From positions 1 through 26,087 of the forward strand of contig JBDSIH010000252.1 of the NCBI GenBank assembly GCA_039918055.1: DNA of 26,087 nt, written 5' to 3'. Below the pieces are notes generated by a model, which did no database searches, was not told the origin of the DNA, and saw only the letters and a list, made by a program, of their open reading frames with translations. Numbering within the stretch: the first letter of the stretch is position 1; each line of letters begins with the position of its first letter. The position numbers and the translations under genes were made by a program. Shown piece after piece: positions 16,780 through 25,938 of the stretch. Origin of the DNA: Chthoniobacterales bacterium (GTDB taxonomy: Bacteria; Verrucomicrobiota; Verrucomicrobiia; Chthoniobacterales; JBDTJR01).

Positions 16780-17688
16780 GTGAACCAGGCAGAATTTATC
16801 GTTCTTGCCGGCCCCACCGGGGTCGGCAAGTCCGCTGCAGCCGCCGAGCTGGCGGAAGCGCTCAATGGAGAAATCATCGGTGCAGATGCTTTCCAGATCT
16901 ATAAAGGATTAAGCATCCTGACGGCACAACCGGATGCCGCTCTCCTCAATCGCATTCCCCATCATCTGATCGGGTCGGTTTCGCCCACAGAATCCTTCGA
17001 CGCAGGAATGTACAGCAAGCTCGCGGAAGCGGCCATTGCCTCCGTCCGCGGTCGCGGGAAAATCCCCATTCTCACCGGAGGTACCGGTCTTTATATCAAA
17101 GCGCTTACGCATGGGTTAATTGAAACTCCGCAGATTGACCCGCAGATTCGAGAGGAGTTGAACGCCCTTTCCCTGGAAGAACTTTTAAAGCGCCTGGAAA
17201 AGCACGACCCGGAAATAATAGGCAACATCGATATCAAAAACCGGCGCCGCGTTCAGCGTGCTCTGGAAATAAGTCTCCAGACCGGAACTCCTGCTTCCGT
17301 ACTTAGACAGGAATGGGAGCAACCCATGCGCCCTTGCAAAGGCGTTCTACTCACGCGCGATCGGGAGGACCTCATTGAACGTATTCATTGCAATGTCGCA
17401 AAAATGCCGGAGCTTGGAGTGATGGAAGAAATTCATAACATTGGTCACGTGGGCCTGACGGCGCGCAAAGCTATCGGCTATGAAGATGCACTGCTGCATT
17501 TGAACGGCCAACTTAATCTCGCGGAGTGGATGCAGCGCACCGAGCAGGCGAGCAGACGTTACGCCAAAAGGCAATTGACCTGGTTTAAAAACCAGACTAT
17601 ATTTCTCCCGTTGAACTTAAGCGCAATCTCAAATGTTCGAGATTCCCTCATGGCAGCACTCGCTACGCCACTCGCGCAAACTGAATGA
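16780..17688 (+). CDS. miaA: tRNA dimethylallyltransferase (GTG start)
   Basis: P-loop GPTGVGKS, DAFQIYKG, IPHHLIG, GGTGLYIKAL, RRVQRALE, KAIGY and YAKRQLTWF. Confidence 0.97.
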   Translation: MNQAEFIVLAGPTGVGKSAAAAELAEALNGEIIGADAFQIYKGLSILTAQPDAALLNRIPHHLIGSVSPTESFDAGMYSKLAEAAIASVRGRGKIPILTGGTGLYIKALTHGLIETPQIDPQIREELNALSLEELLKRLEKHDPEIIGNIDIKNRRRVQRALEISLQTGTPASVLRQEWEQPMRPCKGVLLTRDREDLIERIHCNVAKMPELGVMEEIHNIGHVGLTARKAIGYEDALLHLNGQLNLAEWMQRTEQASRRYAKRQLTWFKNQTIFLPLNLSAISNVRDSLMAALATPLAQTE

Positions 17689-18977
17689 TGGACTCTACTG
17701 CTCATTCTCCGGAAAAAGCTTTTTTAATCGGACTGGAGCACAGCCGTGCCGACCATTGGGAACTTGAGGATTCTCTCTCCGAATTAAAGCAGCTTGCCTC
17801 GACGGCGGGCGCGGAAGTTGTCGATACCGTTATTCAGAAACTGGATCGTCCCACCGCTCCTTACTATATCGGAAAAGGAAAAGCCGAAGACATCGCCAGA
17901 AAATGTTCGGAGCAGCATGTCAGCTCTTTAATTTTCGATGACGAACTTTCTCCTGCACAGGGTCGTAATCTTGAAAAACTGACATCCCGCAAAGTGCTGG
18001 ATCGTACGCAGCTCATCCTGGATATTTTCGCGAAACGCGCGCGTTCAAAAGAAGGCCGTCTTCAGATCGAGCTCGCGCAATTGCAATATCTGCTTCCACG
18101 CCTCACCCGTATGTGGACGCACCTTTCGCGTCAGAGCGGCGGCATCGGAACGCGTGGACCGGGTGAAACGCAGCTGGAAGTCGATCGCAGACGTGTGCAG
18201 GAACGCATTGCACGGCTTGAGCGCGATCTCATCGAAGTTCGCAAAAACCGCACCGTGCAACGCGAAGGCCGCCTGCGGCGCAACTGGCCCGTCGTGGCGC
18301 TCGTCGGTTACACCAATGCCGGTAAATCCTCTCTTCTCAATCGCCTCACCGGCGCGGAAGTCCTCACAGAAGATAAGCTTTTTGCAACACTGGACCCTAC
18401 CACCCGCCAGCTTGTTCTTCCTAATCGCCAGAAAATTTTGCTTACGGATACGGTGGGCTTCATTCGCAAGCTGCCGCACACGGTCATTGAATCTTTTAAA
18501 GCAACGCTGGAAGAAGTCGGCCTTGCCGATCTTCTGATCCACATCGTCGATGTCAGCCACCCCCAATTTCATGAGCAGATGGAAGCGGTTGATAAAGTGC
18601 TTCTCGAACTCGGTGCGGATGGAAAACAAACGCTGCTGGTCTTTAATAAAATCGACTGCCTGAGCTGCCCGGAAATCGCGGAATCCCTTGTTCACCGCTA
18701 TCCGGGAAGTGTCGCGGTTTCCGTGAAGCACGATCAGGGAATCGATGCGCTTATCGACGAGCTGGAAGCGCGCCTGAGCGCCTGGCGGTTAAAGGTCGAG
18801 TTTCGGATTCCCATTACCGAATCCGCGCTGCTCGCCGAAGTGCATCGCGCAGGTCATGTTCTCTCCATTAAGTATGATGAGGATATCGCCGTCATGCATG
18901 CGCACATTCCTCCAGAGCTGAAGAAACGCCTCGCGCGTTACGAATTTCCGATCCCGATTCCGCCAGAGACCTGGTAG
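17685..18977 (+). CDS. hflX: Ribosome-splitting GTPase HflX
   Basis: LILDIFAKRA, GPGETQLE, G1 GYTNAGKS, G2 FATLDPT, G3 DTVG, G4 NKID; ATGA overlap with miaA. Confidence 0.98.
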   Translation: MMDSTAHSPEKAFLIGLEHSRADHWELEDSLSELKQLASTAGAEVVDTVIQKLDRPTAPYYIGKGKAEDIARKCSEQHVSSLIFDDELSPAQGRNLEKLTSRKVLDRTQLILDIFAKRARSKEGRLQIELAQLQYLLPRLTRMWTHLSRQSGGIGTRGPGETQLEVDRRRVQERIARLERDLIEVRKNRTVQREGRLRRNWPVVALVGYTNAGKSSLLNRLTGAEVLTEDKLFATLDPTTRQLVLPNRQKILLTDTVGFIRKLPHTVIESFKATLEEVGLADLLIHIVDVSHPQFHEQMEAVDKVLLELGADGKQTLLVFNKIDCLSCPEIAESLVHRYPGSVAVSVKHDQGIDALIDELEARLSAWRLKVEFRIPITESALLAEVHRAGHVLSIKYDEDIAVMHAHIPPELKKRLARYEFPIPIPPETW

Positions 18978-18989
18978 GACTTCTCCGGC

Positions 18990-19568
18990 CTAATGCTTTT
19001 TAGAATGCGGCTGCGTATCTGCAGATGATGGCAGGCGAAGGTTTGGCTGCATCATGATAGGCACAGTCTTGACTACCTCAAGCTTCACTTTGGAAAGCCC
19101 GCGTTCGTAAACACCGATTTTCTTCGCGGAGATTTCGCTCAAATCAATAATGCGGTTCCGGATGTAGGGTCCACGGTCATTGATTCGCACAATGATGGAT
19201 TTGCCGGTAGTAATACTCTGAACACGCACGAGCGTATTAAAAGGAAGTCGCAGGTGTGCCGCCGTGACATCCGTGGGGCGATACGTTTCACCATTGGCCG
19301 TCTTCCGGCCCACATCCCGACCGCCATACCAGGAAGCGACACCTATTTCGCTGTATCCCGGCTGGACCAGGTACAGGACATTCGGCTTTGTAACAGGAAT
19401 ATACTTGCTGTTTTTTGAGGATTTTGATTTGGACGTGGAGTGGCGCCTGCCACTCGAGTGATGTTTTTTTGTCGACGCAAAGCCAGCCGATTGCCCGCAA
19501 ATCAGCACGGCGATGACAAGGGTCACCCACGTGCGAACGCCGTTAAATCTGGGGGGATTAACTGGCAT
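18990..19568 (-). CDS. rlpA: RlpA-family (DPBB) lytic transglycosylase without SPOR domain
   Basis: GVASWYG, TANGE, TAAHLRLPFNT, VRINDRGPY and RIIDLS. Start placed at 19568, where TGATG couples it to the rng stop, rather than at 19628. Confidence 0.88.
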   Translation of the reverse strand: MPVNPPRFNGVRTWVTLVIAVLICGQSAGFASTKKHHSSGRRHSTSKSKSSKNSKYIPVTKPNVLYLVQPGYSEIGVASWYGGRDVGRKTANGETYRPTDVTAAHLRLPFNTLVRVQSITTGKSIIVRINDRGPYIRNRIIDLSEISAKKIGVYERGLSKVKLEVVKTVPIMMQPNLRLPSSADTQPHSKKH

Positions 19569-21154
19569 CAGGCGGTAAGGGCTTCTCCGGTTACTGCGTT
19601 CGTAATGATAAATTTCTCCAGGTGGCATGTCGGATCGGAGCGGAACGTAAGCCTTCCGGCATATTTACGTTCGATTTCTACCAGCAAATTTTCATCTTCC
19701 GAGCGCAAACGGTTTAGCACATCAGGATGCACGGTGACTTTCAACTCATGCACATTATCCTGATGATTGCGCAGGATGCTGTGCAGCGTGCGCTGAAGCT
19801 CCACACTCATAGTCATCGGGCTCTTGACGATTCCACTGCCAGCGCAATACGGACAGGCCGTGTAATGGGAATCGGTAAGGCTTTCCTGCGCGCGCTGGCG
19901 GGTCATCTCCATCAGTCCGAGGGAGGAGAGCGGAAGCACATGCGTGCGCGCCTTGTCGCTACGCAGGCGTTCCTTCATCCGGTTAAAGATGGCCTGCTGA
20001 TCCTTGCGATTTTTCATGTCGATGAAATCCGCAACGATAAGACCACCAATGTTTCGCAGACGAAGTTGTCGGGCGATTTCATCCACCGCCTCGAGGTTCG
20101 TCGTGAAAATGGTTTTATCCATATCCTTCCCGCCCTTGTTACGGCCGGTATTCACATCGACAGCAATCATGGCTTCGGTTTCATCAATGACAATGTAGCC
20201 TCCGCAGCGTAGCCAGACCTGGCGGCGAAATGCCTCATCGATCTGTGACTGCACGCCGTAATGCTCAAAAATCGGCTTTACGTCATGATAATACTGCACC
20301 TTTTTGCGTGCGCGCTTGGAAATCTGGCCGATCAGGTCCTGCATGCGGAGAGTCGACTGCTCATCATCAATGATAACCTCGCCGATATCCTCGGTAAGGA
20401 AGTCGCGCACCGTGCGCTCGATGACATCGGGCTCCTGAAAGAGAAGACTTGGGGAGGGCTGCTCTTTAAGCTTCTGCTCGATCATCGTCCATTGCTCAAG
20501 AAGCAGGCTCAGATCGCGGACAAAATACCGCGCCCGCTGGCCTTCGCCGACGGTGCGCATGATGACGCCCATTCCTTCGGGAATTTCCAGCTCGCGGAGA
20601 ATCGTGCGCAGACGTTCGCGCTCCTTGGGATCTTCGATCTTACGGGAAATACCGCACTGCGAACTGTAGGGCAGGAATACGAGATAACGCCCGGGCAGGC
20701 TGATGTTGGTCGTGATACGCGGACCTTTATTACTGATGGGGCCCTTCGTTACCTGAACAATGACGTCCGCCCCCGCAGGATAAATGCTCGGGATATCTTT
20801 TGCCGTGATGCGCTTTTCCTGCTGTTTCTTGCCGGAATTATTTCCGCCGCGACGCACTTCCTCAATGCCGCTGTCGAGAGCGGCTGGCAGTGCATCCCAA
20901 AAATGCAGGAACGCATTTTTTTCAAATCCGATATCCACAAACATCGCCTTGAGACCGGACTCGACGTTCTTGACCTTTCCCTTGAAGATGCTGCCGACGA
21001 TATTCCGGTCTGTCTCCCGTTCCGTGGTATATTCCTCGAGCCGACCGTTTTCGATCAGGGCGACGCGTTTTTCGAGTTTCTCACAACTGACGATGATCTT
21101 TGTTTCTGAAGTTTTCTTCTTCAGGCCCAGCCATCGCTTTACCGTTTCAATCAT
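19568..21154 (-). CDS. rng: Rne/Rng family endoribonuclease, RNase G-sized (catalytic domain only)
   Basis: S1 domain (GSIFKGKV...FVDIG), KGPRIT, catalytic VDVNTG and ADFIDM, EMTRQR, Zn-link CPYC; no long C-terminal scaffold. Confidence 0.92.
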   Translation of the reverse strand: MIETVKRWLGLKKKTSETKIIVSCEKLEKRVALIENGRLEEYTTERETDRNIVGSIFKGKVKNVESGLKAMFVDIGFEKNAFLHFWDALPAALDSGIEEVRRGGNNSGKKQQEKRITAKDIPSIYPAGADVIVQVTKGPISNKGPRITTNISLPGRYLVFLPYSSQCGISRKIEDPKERERLRTILRELEIPEGMGVIMRTVGEGQRARYFVRDLSLLLEQWTMIEQKLKEQPSPSLLFQEPDVIERTVRDFLTEDIGEVIIDDEQSTLRMQDLIGQISKRARKKVQYYHDVKPIFEHYGVQSQIDEAFRRQVWLRCGGYIVIDETEAMIAVDVNTGRNKGGKDMDKTIFTTNLEAVDEIARQLRLRNIGGLIVADFIDMKNRKDQQAIFNRMKERLRSDKARTHVLPLSSLGLMEMTRQRAQESLTDSHYTACPYCAGSGIVKSPMTMSVELQRTLHSILRNHQDNVHELKVTVHPDVLNRLRSEDENLLVEIERKYAGRLTFRSDPTCHLEKFIITNAVTGEALTA

Positions 21155-21212
21155 TAAAATTATTGGGGTGACCCGCCTCCCTGTTTCCAGAGTGCGGTGG
21201 TTAAAATTTCAC

Positions 21213-23417
21213 TCAGCGAGCGGAAGGTTTCCGTTGCTGGTTGTTCGAATTGTTATCTTTTTTCTTTCCGCCGAAAAGGTTTTTAAAAAATCCTTCCAGA
21301 CCCTTTTTATCGGGCTTTTTATTTTTGACGCGACCGCCTTCATCGGCTTCATCCCGGATATTCGGAGCCGCATCAGGTTTGCTCTCCTGAGCACGTGCAT
21401 CACTGTCCACGGGTGCGGTTTCATCATCCGCCGCAGTCGTCGCAGCAGGAACGCCCCGTCCAAAATCAATACTCTCCACAAATTTGAAATTGCCCTTAGC
21501 CGGTTCCAGCGCAACGAGCTCGGGAATCTTTCCTTCATCCATGGCAAAGATGTCCGTATAAATTTTTGCGGCCAGCGGAGCGCAGACGCCACCGCCGGAG
21601 TTTGCCCCCTGAACCAGAAGACATATGACGTAGCGAGGCTTGTCATACGGCGCAAACGAAAGGAACCAGGTATGGTTGTCTTTTACCTTTCCGCGCCAGA
21701 ACTGCGCCGTTCCGGTTTTGCCAGCCACCTGGATTCCTTTGACACGCCCCTTGCCCGCAGTGCCACCCTCTTCATTAACAACCCGGAACATCCCTTTGCG
21801 GACAATCTCGATCTGCTCGGCAGTAAGCCCGCCATCCTTGATCATGTCGGAGCGAATCTTAATCGGTGTTTCAGAGACCAGCGTGCCGTCCTGAGCGACG
21901 ACCTTATCAACCAGGCGGGGTTCATAGCAGATGCCTCCATTCGCGAGCGTGGCGCCTATCATGGCCATTTGGAGAGGGCTCGCAAGCACATCACCCTGGC
22001 CGATGGAAGTATTCGCTGTTAATCCCGCCGACCAACGTTCGTTGGGCTTGTTTTCCGTCAACCACTCCGGCCCGGGAAGCACACCCGGCGCCTCGCCGGA
22101 AAGAGGGATTCCCGTTTTTGAGCCAAGCCCGAGCAGGGCTCCCGTGGAATCGATAATATCAATACCTGCCGCATTCCCGTATTGGTAGAAAAAGCCATTA
22201 CAAGAGAGCTTGATAGCGGTGGGTAGATTCAGGACTCCGTGATTACCCCCCTTGGCGGCGATCCAGCATTTCATGAAGGTATTGCCATAGGTCACCCCGC
22301 CACCGCAATTGAAGCTTCGGCTGCCAACGCCTTTGCGCAAGCCCGCAAGGGCCACCATTAACTTATACGTAGAGCCCGGCGCGTAAGCGCTGATGGCGCG
22401 ATTCAGCATCGGGTTCGTTTCGTCTTTATTGATATCTACCCAATCCTGCGTAGATATACTCGGAATGAATGTGTTCGGGTCGTAGGAAGGCACCGATGCC
22501 ATGGCGAGAATGTTGCCATTATTAGGATCCACTACCACCGCCGCGCCACGGCCCACCGAACGCAGGGCCTGCTCCACGATAAACTGAATCCGCGCATCGA
22601 TAGTTAAATAAACATTCGATCCCTGCTTGGGCTCTACCATGCCAACCTCGCCCTCAATTACTCCTTTGGCATTACGCTGAAGAATTTTAACGCCTGGAGT
22701 GCCCTTCAGTTCATCATCGAGAGTAAGCTCGAGGTTTACCTGTCCCTGAAGATCCGGCTGATAGAAATTATATTTTTTGCTCTCTTCAATATCCGTCCTC
22801 TTTTCTGGCCCCACATACCCCAGAAGATGAGCGGCAAACGCTCCATAAACATAATTACGCACGGGCTTGACCGTGACATCGACTCCGGGCAGCCCGATGT
22901 TGTTCTCCGAAAATTTGGCCATCGTCTCGAAGTCGAGATCCTGAATATAGCTGTACGGCACCAGCGTATTATTCCGGTAATGCATCTGAAGCTTGTGGCT
23001 GTTGTAATCATGCGCAATGCCCAGCTCTTCAAGGCGAGGCATGATGGCTTCGTTCACAATTTTCTGCACGTCGGCCTCACCATGCTCTTTCGGCATATCG
23101 TGCACATTTTGCCGATATTTAACCACCGGCACGACGCCTTTATGCAGCGCACGGTAGGCCTGAACCATGGCGGGTAGATAAAAATCCACTTCAAAGCTCG
23201 AGCGGTTCTGAACCAGGGAAATCCCGTTTTTATCAAGGATCTCCCCACGCACTGCCGGGAGCCGCACAGTCACCTGTGACTTCCCGTTACTTTTCACGAT
23301 ATAATCGCTCCCATGAGCGATCTGCACATACCACAGCTTAAACAACAGCCCGCTCAGCCCCATCAGGATGATTCCTGCAAAGATGTAGACCTTCAGTCCT
23401 GGAATAGCTCTGCGCAT
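21213..23417 (-). CDS. mrdA: Penicillin-binding protein 2 (class B transpeptidase)
   Basis: N-terminal TM helix, RGEILD, intact STYK / SCN / KTG motifs; lies downstream of mreBCD. Confidence 0.94.
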   Translation of the reverse strand: MRRAIPGLKVYIFAGIILMGLSGLLFKLWYVQIAHGSDYIVKSNGKSQVTVRLPAVRGEILDKNGISLVQNRSSFEVDFYLPAMVQAYRALHKGVVPVVKYRQNVHDMPKEHGEADVQKIVNEAIMPRLEELGIAHDYNSHKLQMHYRNNTLVPYSYIQDLDFETMAKFSENNIGLPGVDVTVKPVRNYVYGAFAAHLLGYVGPEKRTDIEESKKYNFYQPDLQGQVNLELTLDDELKGTPGVKILQRNAKGVIEGEVGMVEPKQGSNVYLTIDARIQFIVEQALRSVGRGAAVVVDPNNGNILAMASVPSYDPNTFIPSISTQDWVDINKDETNPMLNRAISAYAPGSTYKLMVALAGLRKGVGSRSFNCGGGVTYGNTFMKCWIAAKGGNHGVLNLPTAIKLSCNGFFYQYGNAAGIDIIDSTGALLGLGSKTGIPLSGEAPGVLPGPEWLTENKPNERWSAGLTANTSIGQGDVLASPLQMAMIGATLANGGICYEPRLVDKVVAQDGTLVSETPIKIRSDMIKDGGLTAEQIEIVRKGMFRVVNEEGGTAGKGRVKGIQVAGKTGTAQFWRGKVKDNHTWFLSFAPYDKPRYVICLLVQGANSGGGVCAPLAAKIYTDIFAMDEGKIPELVALEPAKGNFKFVESIDFGRGVPAATTAADDETAPVDSDARAQESKPDAAPNIRDEADEGGRVKNKKPDKKGLEGFFKNLFGGKKKDNNSNNQQRKPSAR

Positions 23418-23421
23418 GGTC

Positions 23422-23961
23422 TTAGTAGCGTCGGGCCTTTCCCTGCGCCGGTCTTACCCCCAGCAGCATTGCTATAAAGTAGACGACCGGTGCCAACAGA
23501 AACGCAATGCTTCCGGGAACCAGAATTTTCGTAATCGCGAGAGGAGGTATTTCAACGCCGCCGCGTCTCGCTGTAATCATGATAAATTGCCCAAGAAGAA
23601 AAATGATGGCGCAGATGCCGCTGGCGAAAGCATGAATTTCCCAGCGTCCGCGTAAAAAGACCGGGCGCAGACCCTGTAGGATGCATGCGAATAGCACATA
23701 CAGGAAAATAGACCATCCGAGCGCAATTTCAACATGGCCGGAAAGAATTTGCAGATTGGCAAGATCCACCAGAAGCCCGGTAAAGAGTGCGAGGATAACC
23801 GCGAAAGAAAAAGGCAGCAGCAAGGCTCCGAAACAAAAGAAAACAGGAACCAGGTCGACGCGCGCACTACCCAGCACCTTCAGGGGCGGAATAAACTCCT
23901 GAAGTACAAGGGAGAGAAAGATGCAAAGAAGCAACCCGAAAAAAATACCCAGATTTTTCAT
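23422..23961 (-). CDS. mreD: Rod-shape-determining membrane protein MreD (inferred from position and hydropathy)
   Basis: 179 aa, about 5 TM segments, GLLVD motif, located between mreC and pbp2, ATGA overlap with mreC. Confidence 0.75.
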   Translation of the reverse strand: MKNLGIFFGLLLCIFLSLVLQEFIPPLKVLGSARVDLVPVFFCFGALLLPFSFAVILALFTGLLVDLANLQILSGHVEIALGWSIFLYVLFACILQGLRPVFLRGRWEIHAFASGICAIIFLLGQFIMITARRGGVEIPPLAITKILVPGSIAFLLAPVVYFIAMLLGVRPAQGKARRY

Positions 23962-24764
23962 TTCGCCCCCATAACGACAAACACATCCTCCACATTAGGA
24001 ATGTCCACCGCTGGCGTTAAAATGGCCTGACTGTCCAATTCCCGAGTGTGAAAGCTCTGGATGGTCCCCAGTGCTATTCCGGGAGGGAAAACGCCTCCGC
24101 TCACACCCACCGTATCCACTTTCTGCCCCTGCGCCAGCGCGGCATTTTTGGTCAAATAATTCAGCTGCAGCTGCGGCTTGTCGGAACTCTGCACGCGCAA
24201 TCCGCTCAGGATTCCCTGTTCGTGCAGTCCGTCGATTTTTGCGGCCACTTTGCAGCTCTCATCCGTCACTAAAAGTACGATGGATTCGTTCTTTCCGATC
24301 GTGGTCGTCTTTCCCACAAGTCCGTCTTCGGTAACAACCGTCATGTCTTCCTCCACGCCATCTTCAAACCCACGATTGATCTTTACCGTATTCCACCACG
24401 CGGAAGCATCGCGGCTGATCACGCGTGCGGGGAGAAGTTTGTATTTCGCGCGTTCGCGATATTCCAGCGCCTGCCGGAGCTTCTGGTTTTCCTTTTCGAT
24501 ATCGCGGAGAATTTTATTTTCCGCGAGGAGCAACTTGTTATCGGTTACGAGCTGCGCATTTTCCGTTTCAAGCTGATCGAGACTCTTGAGGCCCTTGCCG
24601 ACGGATTCGATTTGTTTCTTCACGACATTGCCGCCTTTTAAAAGCGGCGCTTCAGTAGAGACAAACCGAGCTCTCCAGGCGCGCATCGGTCCTGCGCCGA
24701 TGGTCGAAAGAATCACCGCCACAAGCAGCACGATGACTACGATCACCCAGTTAATATGCCGCAT
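23958..24764 (-). CDS. mreC: Rod-shape-determining protein MreC
   Basis: TM helix, coiled coil (ENQKLRQALEY), ARVISRD, INRGFEDGV, GLVGK, GGVFPPGIALG. Confidence 0.94.
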   Translation of the reverse strand: MRHINWVIVVIVLLVAVILSTIGAGPMRAWRARFVSTEAPLLKGGNVVKKQIESVGKGLKSLDQLETENAQLVTDNKLLLAENKILRDIEKENQKLRQALEYRERAKYKLLPARVISRDASAWWNTVKINRGFEDGVEEDMTVVTEDGLVGKTTTIGKNESIVLLVTDESCKVAAKIDGLHEQGILSGLRVQSSDKPQLQLNYLTKNAALAQGQKVDTVGVSGGVFPPGIALGTIQSFHTRELDSQAILTPAVDIPNVEDVFVVMGAK

Positions 24765-24824
24765 AATGGTTCTGCGTAAAAAAGTTAAAATTGAAGCGTA
24801 TGGAGCTCTGCTCGCACGTCGCGC

Positions 24825-25865
24825 TTAGCTACGGTTTACCTTGTCGGAAGAAGACACTGCCCGGAGAAACTTCAATTCCTGCAGGGCCTTGCCGGTTCCT
24901 TCCGCTACAGCGCTCAATGGATCATCGGCGACATGCACGGGCAGTCCGGTTTCTTCTGCAAGAAGCTTGTCCAATCCGCGGAGTAATGCGCCTCCACCTG
25001 CAAGCACCAATCCCCGGTCGACCAAATCGGCGGATAGCTCGGGCGGGCAGCGTTCCAACGTGATACGCACGGAATCCACAATCGTTGAAATAGGTTCCAG
25101 AAGCGCTTCGCGCACTTCCTGCGAGGTAATCGTAATCGTGCGGGGAAGTCCGGCTACGAGATCGCGGCCCTTGACCTCCATGCTCGTTTCCTTCTCCAGC
25201 TTATAGGCTGAGCCGATTTTGATTTTGATATCTTCCGCCGTACGCTCACCAACCATGAGGTTATAGGCGCGTTTCATGTATTGGATGATGGCTTCATCAA
25301 GCTCATCACCGGCTACCCGCACGCTACGGCTGAAAACAATTCCGGAAAGAGAGATGAGCGCGACTTCTGTCGTGCCACCACCGATATCGATAATCATGTT
25401 GCCTGCGGCGTCCTGCACGGGTAGTCCCACCCCGATGGCTGCTGCCATGGGCTCTTCGATCAAATAAACTTCACGGGCTCCGGCATGCGTGGCCGAATCT
25501 TTTACCGCACGCTTTTCCACTTCAGTAATACCGCTTGGTACGGCAATGACGACGCGGGGACGAACCATGCGGCGGCGATTGTGAACCTTGCTGATGAAGT
25601 GGCGAAGCATCGCCTCCGTAATTTCGAAATCTGCGATCACGCCATCCTTCAGCGGACGAATGGCAACGATGTTTCCCGGCGTTCGGCCGAGCATTCGTTT
25701 TGCCTCATCGCCCACGGCGAGTACCCGGTTCGTTCCCGCCTGGACGGCAACGACCGATGGCTCACGAAGAACAATTCCGTGATCCTTTACGTAAACAAGA
25801 GTATTGGCCGTTCCGAGGTCAATACCGATGTCATTTGAAAAAAGCCCTAAAACACTGTCAAACAT
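24825..25865 (-). CDS. mreB: Actin-like protein MreB
   Basis: [47 protein letters not shown]. Start placed at 25865 ([10 protein letters not shown]), the usual amphipathic N-terminus. Confidence 0.98.
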   Translation of the reverse strand: MFDSVLGLFSNDIGIDLGTANTLVYVKDHGIVLREPSVVAVQAGTNRVLAVGDEAKRMLGRTPGNIVAIRPLKDGVIADFEITEAMLRHFISKVHNRRRMVRPRVVIAVPSGITEVEKRAVKDSATHAGAREVYLIEEPMAAAIGVGLPVQDAAGNMIIDIGGGTTEVALISLSGIVFSRSVRVAGDELDEAIIQYMKRAYNLMVGERTAEDIKIKIGSAYKLEKETSMEVKGRDLVAGLPRTITITSQEVREALLEPISTIVDSVRITLERCPPELSADLVDRGLVLAGGGALLRGLDKLLAEETGLPVHVADDPLSAVAEGTGKALQELKFLRAVSSSDKVNRS

Positions 25866-25938
25866 CTTAAATTGTTGGTTTTGTGCGAATCGAAAGCGGG
25901 ACAATTTGGCATGCCTCCCGATCTTTAGTACGCCCGCC

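Noticed and set aside
16870-16910. MiaA DAFQ (versus DSxQ), CdaA DGG/GLRHR and FolP DSFFDGG/RVHE variants as signs of inactivation
   Set aside because: All key catalytic residues I could check are retained; these look like ordinary family variation.
19569-19628. RlpA start at 19628
   Set aside because: Lies inside rng; the TGATG junction at 19568 directly precedes the signal peptide.
20784-22022. 412-aa plus-strand ORF antisense to rng and pbp2
   Set aside because: Lies wholly opposite two well-supported genes, has no recognisable motif, and is the kind of shadow frame expected from codon bias.
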